From: a virus
Lineage: Duplodnaviria; Heunggongvirae; Uroviricota; Caudoviricetes
Virus record (IMG/VR): IMGVR_UViG_2681813146_000002
Length of the DNA: 47,946 bases
Strand: one strand, 5' to 3'
Each line of letters begins with the position of its first letter. The stretch's first letter is position 1. A program made the position numbers and the translations under genes. The notes beneath the pieces were generated by a model. That model was not told the DNA's origin. It did not search any database and saw only the letters and a program-made list of their open reading frames with translations. Positions 1 to 8,978 of the stretch are shown piece after piece.

Positions 1-869
1 CCAATACAGGGCTTGAGTTACTGTCTGATGTGTATCCCCGCTTCAAGTTGGTTCCTGGACAAGTGATTGCGCCTGGATTTAGTTCTGATAGTGAAGTTGG
101 TCAGCTAATGGCGGCTAAAGCCGCGTTGATTAGTGAATTGTTCAAAGCAGAAGCCATAACTGATGCACCGACCGATAAATCTACTATCAGTGATTACTCG
201 GCTGTTCCTGAATGGAAACAGAACAATAATCACATGGCCGCTAACCAGACAGTGTGCTGGCCGATGGTGAAACTTGGTGACAATATTTACCATCACTCAA
301 CCCATTTAGCGGCCGCAACATGCTTGCTGGATAGTCAGTATGGTGATATTCCATCACGTTCTCCGTCAAATATAAAACTACAGATGGACGGTGCTGTACG
401 TAAAGATGGCAGTGAAGTATGGCTTAACATTAGCCAGGCAAACTACTTAAATGGTCAGGGGATTGTAACAAGCCTTAATTTTGATGGTTGGAAATCATGG
501 GGAAACCGTAATGCTATTTATCCAACATCTACAGACCCCAAAGACGCATTTCGTGTTTGCCGACGTATGTTTAACTGGGTGGGTAATACGTTAATTCTTT
601 CGCATTGGTCAAAAATAGACAATCCTGCAAACCGTCGATTAATTGAATCGATTGTTACAAGTGCGAATATTTGGCTTAACGGCCTCACAGGTAATCAGGA
701 TATTGCAGGTGGTGTTGTTACCTTTGATCAGTCTGAAAACACGATTACGTCATTGATGGACGGGATTGTTAAATTCCATGTAAAAATGACACCATTCTCA
801 CCTGCCAGAGATATAGAGTTCGTCATGGAATATAATCCTGATTATCTGCTGAACTTGTTTTCTGAATAA
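1..869 (+). CDS. Contractile tail sheath protein, C-terminal part; the gene crosses the window junction and its N-terminal part is 47257..47946
   Basis: ORF 30..869 is in frame with the ORF starting ATG 47257 once the 95-bp terminal duplication is collapsed. Sits directly upstream of the tube gene. P2 FI / Mu L-like by recollection. Confidence 0.7.
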   Translation, partial: NTGLELLSDVYPRFKLVPGQVIAPGFSSDSEVGQLMAAKAALISELFKAEAITDAPTDKSTISDYSAVPEWKQNNNHMAANQTVCWPMVKLGDNIYHHSTHLAAATCLLDSQYGDIPSRSPSNIKLQMDGAVRKDGSEVWLNISQANYLNGQGIVTSLNFDGWKSWGNRNAIYPTSTDPKDAFRVCRRMFNWVGNTLILSHWSKIDNPANRRLIESIVTSANIWLNGLTGNQDIAGGVVTFDQSENTITSLMDGIVKFHVKMTPFSPARDIEFVMEYNPDYLLNLFSE

Positions 870-885
870 ATAATAGGAGGTTGCT

Positions 886-1407
886 TTGAGCAATCAAATT
901 CCTGAGAGACTTATTAACTTTACAGTATACGGTGAGGGAAACCGTATTATCGGTGTTGCTGACGCAAAGCTGCCATCAATTGAGATGATGACAGAAACTG
1001 TTAGTGGTGCAGGTATCGCTGGAGAGCTTGAGAGCGGAACGCTGGGGCATTTCAAACCAATGACTGTCTCTCTTAAATGGCGAACTCTGACCTCTGCTGG
1101 TACAAAATTATTTCTATCCTCATCGCATCAGGTAGATTTTCGCGGTAGCCAGCAGGTTTATGATGCAGGAACAGGAAAATATAAAACGGTTCCTATTCGG
1201 GCTTCAATGAAGCTAAACCCTAAAAAACTGGATTTAGGTTCGCTACAGGTGGCAAAGGCTACTGATTCAGAGAATGAATTTGAAGTTCTCTATATCAAAT
1301 TATTTATTGATGGAAAAGAAGTCTTGGAAATTGATAAGTTGAACTTTATTTGTATCTTTGATGGTGAAGATATATTAAAAAGCGTTCGTGATGATTTAGG
1401 TTTATAA
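886..1407 (+). CDS. Tail tube protein (P2 FII-like)
   Basis: 173 aa directly after the sheath gene. TTG start 5 nt after AGGAGG. Confidence 0.65.
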   Translation: MSNQIPERLINFTVYGEGNRIIGVADAKLPSIEMMTETVSGAGIAGELESGTLGHFKPMTVSLKWRTLTSAGTKLFLSSSHQVDFRGSQQVYDAGTGKYKTVPIRASMKLNPKKLDLGSLQVAKATDSENEFEVLYIKLFIDGKEVLEIDKLNFICIFDGEDILKSVRDDLGL

Positions 1408-1416
1408 GGTGACAAA

Positions 1417-1698
1417 ATGGAAACCGTTAAATTAAGTAAAGAATATCGTTTTGAAGACTTTGAGCCGGTGACTGAACTCAACCTTGATTTAGACAACTTA
1501 AAAGGCAGTGATATTTTAGAGGTATCGGACTTACTGCAATCTCAAGGGCATGTTTCAGTTCAAACATCACTTGATAATAAAGTCCATGCAGCCTTGGCTG
1601 CTCGCTGTATTGGTCGTCCAATAGAGTATCTGAATGGATTACCAGCGAAAGACTTTGTTAAAGTTTGTCAAAAGGTGCAGAATTTTTTGCTCTCGTAG
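1417..1698 (+). CDS. Tail assembly chaperone (gpE/gpG-like)
   Basis: 93-aa acidic protein between tube and tape measure. Ends at a slippery heptamer. Confidence 0.6.
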   Translation: METVKLSKEYRFEDFEPVTELNLDLDNLKGSDILEVSDLLQSQGHVSVQTSLDNKVHAALAARCIGRPIEYLNGLPAKDFVKVCQKVQNFLLS

Positions 1699-1847
1699 GT
1701 TTTGATGAGCAAAAACCTATTGATAAGCAAATAATGAGGGCCGCGAGTTCTCTATCTCAATCATCTCAATCAACACCTATATCCTACTGGCTTTCGCTTC
1801 GGTTGAGGCGAATCGTCGCATGGATTGATGTGTTTAATGAGGATTAA
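1665..1847 (+). CDS. -1 frameshift extension of the tail assembly chaperone (GT / E+E'-like product)
   Basis: Overlapping ORF in the -1 frame relative to 1417..1698. The frame junction is at the T_TTT_TTG heptamer. Confidence 0.55.
   Translation: MSKGAEFFALVGFDEQKPIDKQIMRAASSLSQSSQSTPISYWLSLRLRRIVAWIDVFNED
1683..1689 (+). other. Candidate -1 programmed ribosomal frameshift slippery site T_TTT_TTG
   Basis: In the zero frame the codons are AAT TTT TTG. After a -1 slip the reading frame continues as F F A L V G F D E Q, matching the downstream ORF. Confidence 0.55.
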
Positions 1848-1852
1848 TACTA

Positions 1853-4645
1853 ATGGCCAGCAATAAGAACTTTAAGCTGGCTTTTGAAATTGGCGGCAAA
1901 GTTGCCGCCTCTCTCCCCAAAAGTTTTACTACAGCTAATCAGGCTGTTGCTAAATTAAATGCCGAGCTTGCTGGATTAACGAAAGAACATGGGGAAATTC
2001 AAAAGCTACAATCTGTAAAAGTAAAGGTTGGACAGACTGCCCTCGAATATCATAAAGCTGCCGCTCGCGTTGAAGAGTTACAGAAGCAAATAAAAAACAC
2101 GGCTAATCCAACCAGAGCGATGCTTCGTGACTTTGAGAAGGCAAAAACACATTCCTCGAATTTACGAGCATCACTACGTTCTCAGCGTGAAGAACTGGCC
2201 GCTTTAAAGTCTGCCTATCAGGGAGCTGATACATCTGCCAGAGCTTTGGCCTCAAGAGAGAAAGAGCTTAAAGCCAGCATTGATCGTAATCGTGAGGCTC
2301 AGGCCCGTAGCGTTGAGCAGGTTAACCGCTACAGAACGGCTTTGGCTTTAGCCAGAGCAAATGTTCAGCAAGTGAAAAAACAGCAGGAGGAACTTAACCG
2401 GGCATTAGAAAAACAACGTATTGATAAAATTAACAGCTATAAAAATGCGTTGGCTGAAGCACGGAAAAATGTTCTTGCAGTAAAACGTGCTCAGGAGGAG
2501 TTAAACCGCGCGTTGGAAAGGCAGCGTGAATTGAAGCGAGAGCATCTTGGTGAGGCAAAGAGTCAACTTGTAAGGTCAGGATTACAAACTGGTGCTGTAG
2601 CTGCTGGTGCATTTGCTGCTGCTAACAATGCAGCAAATTTCAATCGTGAAAACAAAATGATTGGTCTTACGGCAGATATGAAGCCGGAGGAAGTTCAGGC
2701 AATGGGGCAAGCGATGCTTGTTACCGGGGCGGCTACCAACCAGTTTGCATCTGATATTCAGGCCGCTCAGGGGTTTTTGGTTGCTGCGGGGCAGGATTAT
2801 AAAGAGGCTCAGGCGAATCTGCTGACTATTGGGCGAACGGCTACAGCTACTGGCTCTGATATCCTCGATGTCTCGAAAGCATCATTTACATTAAGTGACT
2901 CATTGAAGATTGATCCATCCCAAATGAAGTCTGCAATGGGGATTCTTGTTCAGGCAGGGAAAGAGGGGAACTTTGAATTTAAAGATATGGCCAAAAATCT
3001 TCCTGTGCTTGGTGCTCAGTTCCAGGCATTAAAAATGGGAGGTAAAGAAGCCGCCGCGACGATGGGGGCAGCTCTGCAGATTGCTCGCAAGGGTTCCGCA
3101 ACTTCGGATGAAGCTGCTAATAATATGAACAACTTTTTGGCGAAAATACTTTCCCCTGAAACCCTGAAAAAAGCAAAGAAGAATTTCGGTGTAGATTTAT
3201 ATAAAATTGTCACAACAGCGCAGAAAAAAGGGCAGAATCCTTTCGAAGCTGCAATGCAGTCTGTCATGAAAATGACTAAGAACGGAGATCAGAAGTTACT
3301 TGGTGAACTATTTGGCGATATGCAGGTTCAGAACTTTGTTCGTCCGATGATTCAAAACTGGAAGGAATACCAGAGAATCAAAGCAACATCTCTTGGTGCT
3401 GGAAGTGCTGTTATTGACCGCGATTTTGCCAATATAATGAAAGATAATGCGGAGCGATTGAAACAATTACGTATTCAGGCTAGCAATGCATCATTAAGTT
3501 TTGGTCAGGCCTTGCAACCTGCTTTAAATGCCGCGCTTAGTGTTTTGGTTCCACTGATTACAAAAATTAGTGAATTTGTAGCTAATAACCCCAATTTTGT
3601 TTCTCAGATTGTGATGACGGCAGGCGCGTTTCTAACCATGAAAAGTGTGGTTATAGCGTGTAGGGTAGCTATGCTGGCTTTATCTGTAGCGACAAAGCTA
3701 ACACCCTTCGGATGGATTCAGATGGCCATATCAGCCATTGTGGCGTTGGGTATATTGTTGTATCAGAACTGGGATAAAATAAAAGAATGTGCATCAAAAG
3801 TTTGGCCTGCTATTAAGGAGTACACAGTTAAGTCTTTTGAGGCTATAAAAAACTTTATCTTAAACTTTGATCTCAATGGATGGATTATATCCATGTTTGG
3901 TAAAGCATGGGGTTATCTTTCCAATATAAACTGGAGTTCGGCAGGAGTAAAAATTTACAGTACATTAATTAGTGCTTTTAAATGGATGTCTCCGCTTCCA
4001 TTATTAATTAAAGCGTTTAAATATATAACAAATTATCTTTCAGGCGTTAACTGGAGCGAAACAGGAAAGAAAATCATAGATACACTGGTATCTGTTTTTA
4101 TGCGTTTTTCACCTGTTGGACTCTTTATAAGAGCATTTCAATCTGTAACGACTTATTTATCTGGAATAAACTGGAGTGAGTCAGGTGCGAAAATAATTGA
4201 GACGTTAATCACAGGGATAAAATCAAAAGCAAATGCTTTGATTAATGAAGTGAAAGGTGTTTTTTCTTCTGTTCGTGAGTATTTGCCGTTTTCTGATGCG
4301 AAAAAAGGTCCATTCTCACAGCTAACAAAGTCAGGTGGTGCAATAATGACTACTCTGGCATCTGGTGTTAGCAGAAATAACAGCTTACAGAATGCAATCG
4401 CAACCAAGTTCGGGCAATCAAATTTATCACCTCGCGGGATCTCTGCTGCCGGGAGTTCTGGACCTCGCCAGAACGTTAACGCAGTGACTGGTGGGATAAC
4501 CTATTCACCTGTAATCAATCTTCCGGCTGGTTCACCAAAGGAAACTGAGGCGGCAGCTAAAAGAGCATTAGATGCGGGATATTCTGATTTTGAGAAGAAA
4601 TTGAGTGCTCATATGTTCCAACAACGGAGATTAAGTTTTGGATGA
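1853..4645 (+). CDS. Tail tape measure protein
   Basis: 930 aa with a coiled-coil-rich N-terminus and hydrophobic repeated C-terminal segments. Follows the frameshifted chaperone. Confidence 0.8.
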   Translation: MASNKNFKLAFEIGGKVAASLPKSFTTANQAVAKLNAELAGLTKEHGEIQKLQSVKVKVGQTALEYHKAAARVEELQKQIKNTANPTRAMLRDFEKAKTHSSNLRASLRSQREELAALKSAYQGADTSARALASREKELKASIDRNREAQARSVEQVNRYRTALALARANVQQVKKQQEELNRALEKQRIDKINSYKNALAEARKNVLAVKRAQEELNRALERQRELKREHLGEAKSQLVRSGLQTGAVAAGAFAAANNAANFNRENKMIGLTADMKPEEVQAMGQAMLVTGAATNQFASDIQAAQGFLVAAGQDYKEAQANLLTIGRTATATGSDILDVSKASFTLSDSLKIDPSQMKSAMGILVQAGKEGNFEFKDMAKNLPVLGAQFQALKMGGKEAAATMGAALQIARKGSATSDEAANNMNNFLAKILSPETLKKAKKNFGVDLYKIVTTAQKKGQNPFEAAMQSVMKMTKNGDQKLLGELFGDMQVQNFVRPMIQNWKEYQRIKATSLGAGSAVIDRDFANIMKDNAERLKQLRIQASNASLSFGQALQPALNAALSVLVPLITKISEFVANNPNFVSQIVMTAGAFLTMKSVVIACRVAMLALSVATKLTPFGWIQMAISAIVALGILLYQNWDKIKECASKVWPAIKEYTVKSFEAIKNFILNFDLNGWIISMFGKAWGYLSNINWSSAGVKIYSTLISAFKWMSPLPLLIKAFKYITNYLSGVNWSETGKKIIDTLVSVFMRFSPVGLFIRAFQSVTTYLSGINWSESGAKIIETLITGIKSKANALINEVKGVFSSVREYLPFSDAKKGPFSQLTKSGGAIMTTLASGVSRNNSLQNAIATKFGQSNLSPRGISAAGSSGPRQNVNAVTGGITYSPVINLPAGSPKETEAAAKRALDAGYSDFEKKLSAHMFQQRRLSFG

Positions 4646-4856
4646 TTACAGAACGGTTCAGGGGGATTCGTGGGATAGTATCGCGTTAAAGCTGTATGGT
4701 AATGAGTACCTGTCTTACCTTCTGATTGATGCTAATACAGAGCACCGTTTTACGGTGCTTTTTTCTGCGGGAATTATTCTTAAAGTTCCTGATGCTCCAG
4801 ATATGCCAACAGCAGTAAACAATTTGCCTCCGTGGAGACGCAATAGTGTTACGTAA
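4638..4856 (+). CDS. LysM-like tail protein (P2 gpX-like)
   Basis: 72 aa with a DSWDSIALKLYG LysM-like motif. Position is immediately after the tape measure gene. Confidence 0.5.
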   Translation: MDDYRTVQGDSWDSIALKLYGNEYLSYLLIDANTEHRFTVLFSAGIILKVPDAPDMPTAVNNLPPWRRNSVT

Positions 4857-5850
4857 AACGCTTTTTGATGTTATATATCAGAATGTAAATATTACCGCTC
4901 ATATGTCGCCTGATATTTTATCAATATCTTATACGGATAATGAAGATGGTCAGGTCGATGATATATCAATTACATTAAAAAATGATGATGGAAAATGGTC
5001 TGGAGACTGGACACCTAAAAAGGGTGATTTTATTGATTTGAGCTTTAAGCCTATAAATCAAATTGTCCTTGAGTGCGGGAAATTCCAGGTAGATGGCATA
5101 ACTTGCTCTGGGCCACCTTCTGTTGTTGAGGTGACTGCTGTTTCTGTTCCTGTTTCATCAGGAATCAGACGTAATTTAAAAAGTAATGCATGGGAAAAGA
5201 CAACACTCAAAGATATTGCTGCATCTATAGCTAAATTAGCTAATATTGAATTGTTGTTCCTTATTGATAAGGATAGTAATCCATATTATGCGCGTGAAGA
5301 TCAGACTGAGGAAAGCGACTTAAAATTTCTCCATCGGCTTTGCCAGGATGAAGGATTATCGTTAAAGGTTACTGATACCCAATTAGTGATATTTGCTCAA
5401 GAGATGTTTGAGCAAAGAGAGCCTATCGCCACGCTTACATTAGGCGTTGATGAGATAATAAGATATAGCTTTAGCACACAATCTACGGATTTGTATAAAA
5501 GTTGTACATGTAAATATCGTATTCCGAAGAAAAGAAAATCGCTTTCATATACTTGGGTAGATCCATCTGTAGAAGAAGGGTCGAATCTTAAAATAAGAAA
5601 AGTGGTAGCTAATTTAGATGAAGCAAAACGTAAGGCAAAAGCCGCTTTGCGGCTTAAAAATAGATATCAAAATACCGGGTCTTTAGTATTGGTTGGAGAC
5701 ACTAGGCTGGTAGCTGGTGTAACTATAAGCCTAGAAGGGTTTGGTTCATTTTCTGGAAAATATCTTATATCGAAAGCTGTACATTCAATTGGGGCCAGTA
5801 GTGGTTATACCACCTCGATTGATGTCCGAAGAGTAATTAGCGGGTATTAA
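4846..5850 (+). CDS. Tail/baseplate hub protein (P2 gpD / Mu gpP-like)
   Basis: 334 aa, in the tail module between the LysM protein and the spike gene. Confidence 0.5.
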   Translation: MLRKTLFDVIYQNVNITAHMSPDILSISYTDNEDGQVDDISITLKNDDGKWSGDWTPKKGDFIDLSFKPINQIVLECGKFQVDGITCSGPPSVVEVTAVSVPVSSGIRRNLKSNAWEKTTLKDIAASIAKLANIELLFLIDKDSNPYYAREDQTEESDLKFLHRLCQDEGLSLKVTDTQLVIFAQEMFEQREPIATLTLGVDEIIRYSFSTQSTDLYKSCTCKYRIPKKRKSLSYTWVDPSVEEGSNLKIRKVVANLDEAKRKAKAALRLKNRYQNTGSLVLVGDTRLVAGVTISLEGFGSFSGKYLISKAVHSIGASSGYTTSIDVRRVISGY

Positions 5851-5851
5851 T

Positions 5852-6472
5852 ATGAATGATTTAGAAACATTATTACGTCAGACTATAAGAGTTGGCGTTG
5901 TTTCTGATATTGATGATGGTGATGTTACAGCAAGAGTTACTTTCGATGATCAGGATAACGTCACTTCGGCAAAGTTATCAGTTATTGTGAAAAACACAGA
6001 TAAGAATGCTGATTACTGGATGCCAGATATTGGCGAGCAGGTTTTGTGTATCTTTCATCCCGCGGGGCCGCAACAAGGTTTTATTCTTGGTAGTTTTTAT
6101 GATGAAACACAGAAGCCGCCATCTAATACTGTTAATAAACGCGTCATTAGATTTAATAACGGAACTCGTATTGAGGTAGACAGAGAATCTAATTTACTCC
6201 TTGTTGATGCTGTCGGAGATGTAACCGTTAAGGCTACAGGAACCGTAACTATTGATGCTCCAGAAACCATCATTACCGGAAATGCTACAGTTGAAGGATT
6301 ACTAACCTTCAAAGGTGGAATGAAAGGATCTTCTGCTGGAGGTGTTGCAGCTACAATTTCTGGGGATGTTAAGGTTGTTGGTGGTGATATAGATGTTGAT
6401 GGGATTAAATCTAAAGGCCACCATCACACAGCTCAGGGGGAATACGCTCCGACAACGGAGGCTCAGGCATGA
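5852..6472 (+). CDS. Baseplate spike protein (gpV-like)
   Basis: 206 aa. N-terminal pattern resembles the Phage_base_V family; glycine-rich C-terminus. Confidence 0.6.
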   Translation: MNDLETLLRQTIRVGVVSDIDDGDVTARVTFDDQDNVTSAKLSVIVKNTDKNADYWMPDIGEQVLCIFHPAGPQQGFILGSFYDETQKPPSNTVNKRVIRFNNGTRIEVDRESNLLLVDAVGDVTVKATGTVTIDAPETIITGNATVEGLLTFKGGMKGSSAGGVAATISGDVKVVGGDIDVDGIKSKGHHHTAQGEYAPTTEAQA

Positions 6473-6936
6473 TTGTGGGTATGCTTGGTACAATGCCTTT
6501 TGTTGCCTCATCAATAGTGGTGAATACGTTCAACAATTTTAAAAGGACGTCAAAGCGTCGTGTAGCGCGCCATGATGTTATTGGGCTTAAACCTGTTCTG
6601 GAGGATATAGGTCCAGATCTGGATGAAGTTGGTTTTAATATGCGGCTGGATACAACACTTGGCATTGTTCCATTGGCTGCGCTTTCATTACTTAGGACAA
6701 TGCAATCAATTCAGGAAGTAAATCCTGTTGTAATTGGTATTCAGTATTTTGGTAATTTTATAATTACAGATATAGAGGAATCATGGACTTATTTCGGTCC
6801 AACTGGGAATCCACGAGTGATTATCGTCGGCATTAAATTACAGGAGGTCGGACAGACCTCTCTGAAAGAAGCATTAGTTGATATTGCTGGCAATATAGAG
6901 TCAAAAACTAGAAGTGCGTTAGGTAAATTATTATGA
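6469..6936 (+). CDS. Tail/baseplate protein, family uncertain
   Basis: 155 aa, translationally coupled between the gpV-like and gpW-like genes. Confidence 0.4.
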   Translation: MIVGMLGTMPFVASSIVVNTFNNFKRTSKRRVARHDVIGLKPVLEDIGPDLDEVGFNMRLDTTLGIVPLAALSLLRTMQSIQEVNPVVIGIQYFGNFIITDIEESWTYFGPTGNPRVIIVGIKLQEVGQTSLKEALVDIAGNIESKTRSALGKLL

Positions 6937-7253
6937 ATAATACGTTTACCATATCATCACCTTCTTACTCGATTGATTGGTCGCCCAAAACAGTTGTAGA
7001 AGAAGTTTTGCAAAATGTCTCTACTATTATTAACACTCAGATTGGCACTGTGCCATATGCCAGAAAATTAGGAATTAATTCAAGTCTTGTTGATATCCCC
7101 AGCCCAATTTTTATTGCTACAGCAACACGAGAAATAATTCAAAAAATTAGTGAGTTTGAGCCTAGAGCGATTATCCATTCTGTTACTTTTGAAAGAACGG
7201 ACGTTTCTGATGGTTTTATTAGGCCAAAACTTGTGATAGGAGTTAGAGAATGA
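6933..7253 (+). CDS. Baseplate wedge protein (gpW / gp25-like)
   Basis: 106 aa, size and position typical of GPW_gp25. Confidence 0.6.
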   Translation: MNNTFTISSPSYSIDWSPKTVVEEVLQNVSTIINTQIGTVPYARKLGINSSLVDIPSPIFIATATREIIQKISEFEPRAIIHSVTFERTDVSDGFIRPKLVIGVRE

Positions 7254-8374
7254 CGTTGCCGCGCGGTGGTTTGCCAGATATTACTTTCGCAGATTCTAAC
7301 CCGACTGATATAACAACTCGTTCAATCAGGGCTTTTGAGAGTATAACAGGTGAAACATTAGCACCTGCTGATCCACGTAGATTATTCATCTTGTCATTGT
7401 GTGAGATTATTATACAGCAAAGAAAAGCTATCGATTTTTCTGCAAAACAAAACCTTCTTACATATAGTGGAGGTGAATATCTCGACCATATAGGATATAT
7501 GACGGATACGCCCAGGCTGGAAGCTCAATCTGCCTTGACTACATTTGAGTTTAATCTGTCAACAAAATTATCGGGGATGTATACAATACCTGCTGGCACT
7601 CAAGTTTCAACTGGAAATGGTGTTATTTTCCAAACAGATGTTTTGTTGGAAATACCTGCTGGGAAAACAGTTGGTACAGTCTCAGGATATGCTGTTATAC
7701 CTGGTTTATCGGGGAATGGCTTTTTACCAGGGCAAATAAACGAATTGGTGACTCCGTTGCCGTATGTTTCCAGTGTAAGGAATCTAACAACATCTAATTC
7801 TGGTGCTGATACAGAGTCAGATGATAATTATGCTGAAAGAATAAAACTGTCTCCTGAAAAACTGTCTACAGCAGGGCCGGAGGATTCTTATAAATATTGG
7901 ACAAGAACAGCCAATCAGAATATAAAAGATGTGAATGTATATACACCATTGCCAGGAACGGTAGAAATCCGTTCTTTGCTAGAGAATGGAGATATACCAT
8001 CTGATGAATTATTAGAGCAGATAAATAGCGTCCTCTCTGCAACTAATATTCGACCATTCACAGATAAAGTTCTTGTTAAGAAACCAGATATCATTGAATA
8101 CGACATAATAATTAAATACTGGATTAACTCATCGGATAAAAACCGAACAGCATTAATTCAAAGTGAGGTTGAGAAAGCTATTGATGAGTATAAACAATGG
8201 CAACGTTCGGTTATGGGAAGAGATATAAATCCAGATGAAATTATTCAACGTTTGAAAAATGCCGGGGCTAAAAGATTAGAAATATCAAGTCCTGTATTTA
8301 CTGTAGTTGGAGAGACGCAGGTCGCCAGAGAGAGAAATATAAATTGCCAGTATGCGGGGTTAGAGGATGGCTGA
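7250..8374 (+). CDS. Baseplate protein (gpJ-like)
   Basis: 374 aa, follows the gpW-like gene in the canonical order. Confidence 0.65.
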   Translation: MTLPRGGLPDITFADSNPTDITTRSIRAFESITGETLAPADPRRLFILSLCEIIIQQRKAIDFSAKQNLLTYSGGEYLDHIGYMTDTPRLEAQSALTTFEFNLSTKLSGMYTIPAGTQVSTGNGVIFQTDVLLEIPAGKTVGTVSGYAVIPGLSGNGFLPGQINELVTPLPYVSSVRNLTTSNSGADTESDDNYAERIKLSPEKLSTAGPEDSYKYWTRTANQNIKDVNVYTPLPGTVEIRSLLENGDIPSDELLEQINSVLSATNIRPFTDKVLVKKPDIIEYDIIIKYWINSSDKNRTALIQSEVEKAIDEYKQWQRSVMGRDINPDEIIQRLKNAGAKRLEISSPVFTVVGETQVARERNINCQYAGLEDG

Positions 8375-8948
8375 TATCTTTAATGTTAGCTTGTTGGATG
8401 TTTTACCTCCTAACTTAGCTAGAGATCCCAACGTGATAGCTATGTCGAAAGCTATTGATGATGAACTACAAGCAATTAACAATTTAATATATAAGACAGA
8501 AATATATAGCGTTGTTGATAACCTGGACTCAGTTGTTCTCGATCATTTAGCTTGGCAATGGAATGCTGATACATGGAGGGATAGTTGGCCTGTATCGTTA
8601 AAGCGTTCTGTTTTTAAATCAATAATACGAACAAAGCGAATAAAGGGTACAAGGGCAGCGGTTGAAGATGTAGTAAATAGCTTGGGTGGAGAGGTAAGCA
8701 TAACAGAATGGTTTGAAACATCACCACCCGGAGAACCATATACAGCTTCAATTGTTGCTTCGATTAACTCTTTTGATGGCGCTGTCCCTTCGAAAGAGAT
8801 GTTGGAGGATACGTTAAGAAGTATCAAGAGTGCAAAGTCGGCAAGAACACTATTTACATTTTCGCAAGCAACCTATGTTTCAGGTGGTGTTGGTATTGTC
8901 GGTGCTTTCCAGCCTGTGTCTTATGTACGATTAATTGGTGAGTGCTAA
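8367..8948 (+). CDS. Baseplate/tail protein (gpI-like)
   Basis: 193 aa, follows the gpJ-like gene and precedes the tail fibre. Confidence 0.6.
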   Translation: MADIFNVSLLDVLPPNLARDPNVIAMSKAIDDELQAINNLIYKTEIYSVVDNLDSVVLDHLAWQWNADTWRDSWPVSLKRSVFKSIIRTKRIKGTRAAVEDVVNSLGGEVSITEWFETSPPGEPYTASIVASINSFDGAVPSKEMLEDTLRSIKSAKSARTLFTFSQATYVSGGVGIVGAFQPVSYVRLIGEC

Positions 8949-8978
8949 TTTGCGATTTGTTAATTCAAGGAATTAAGC

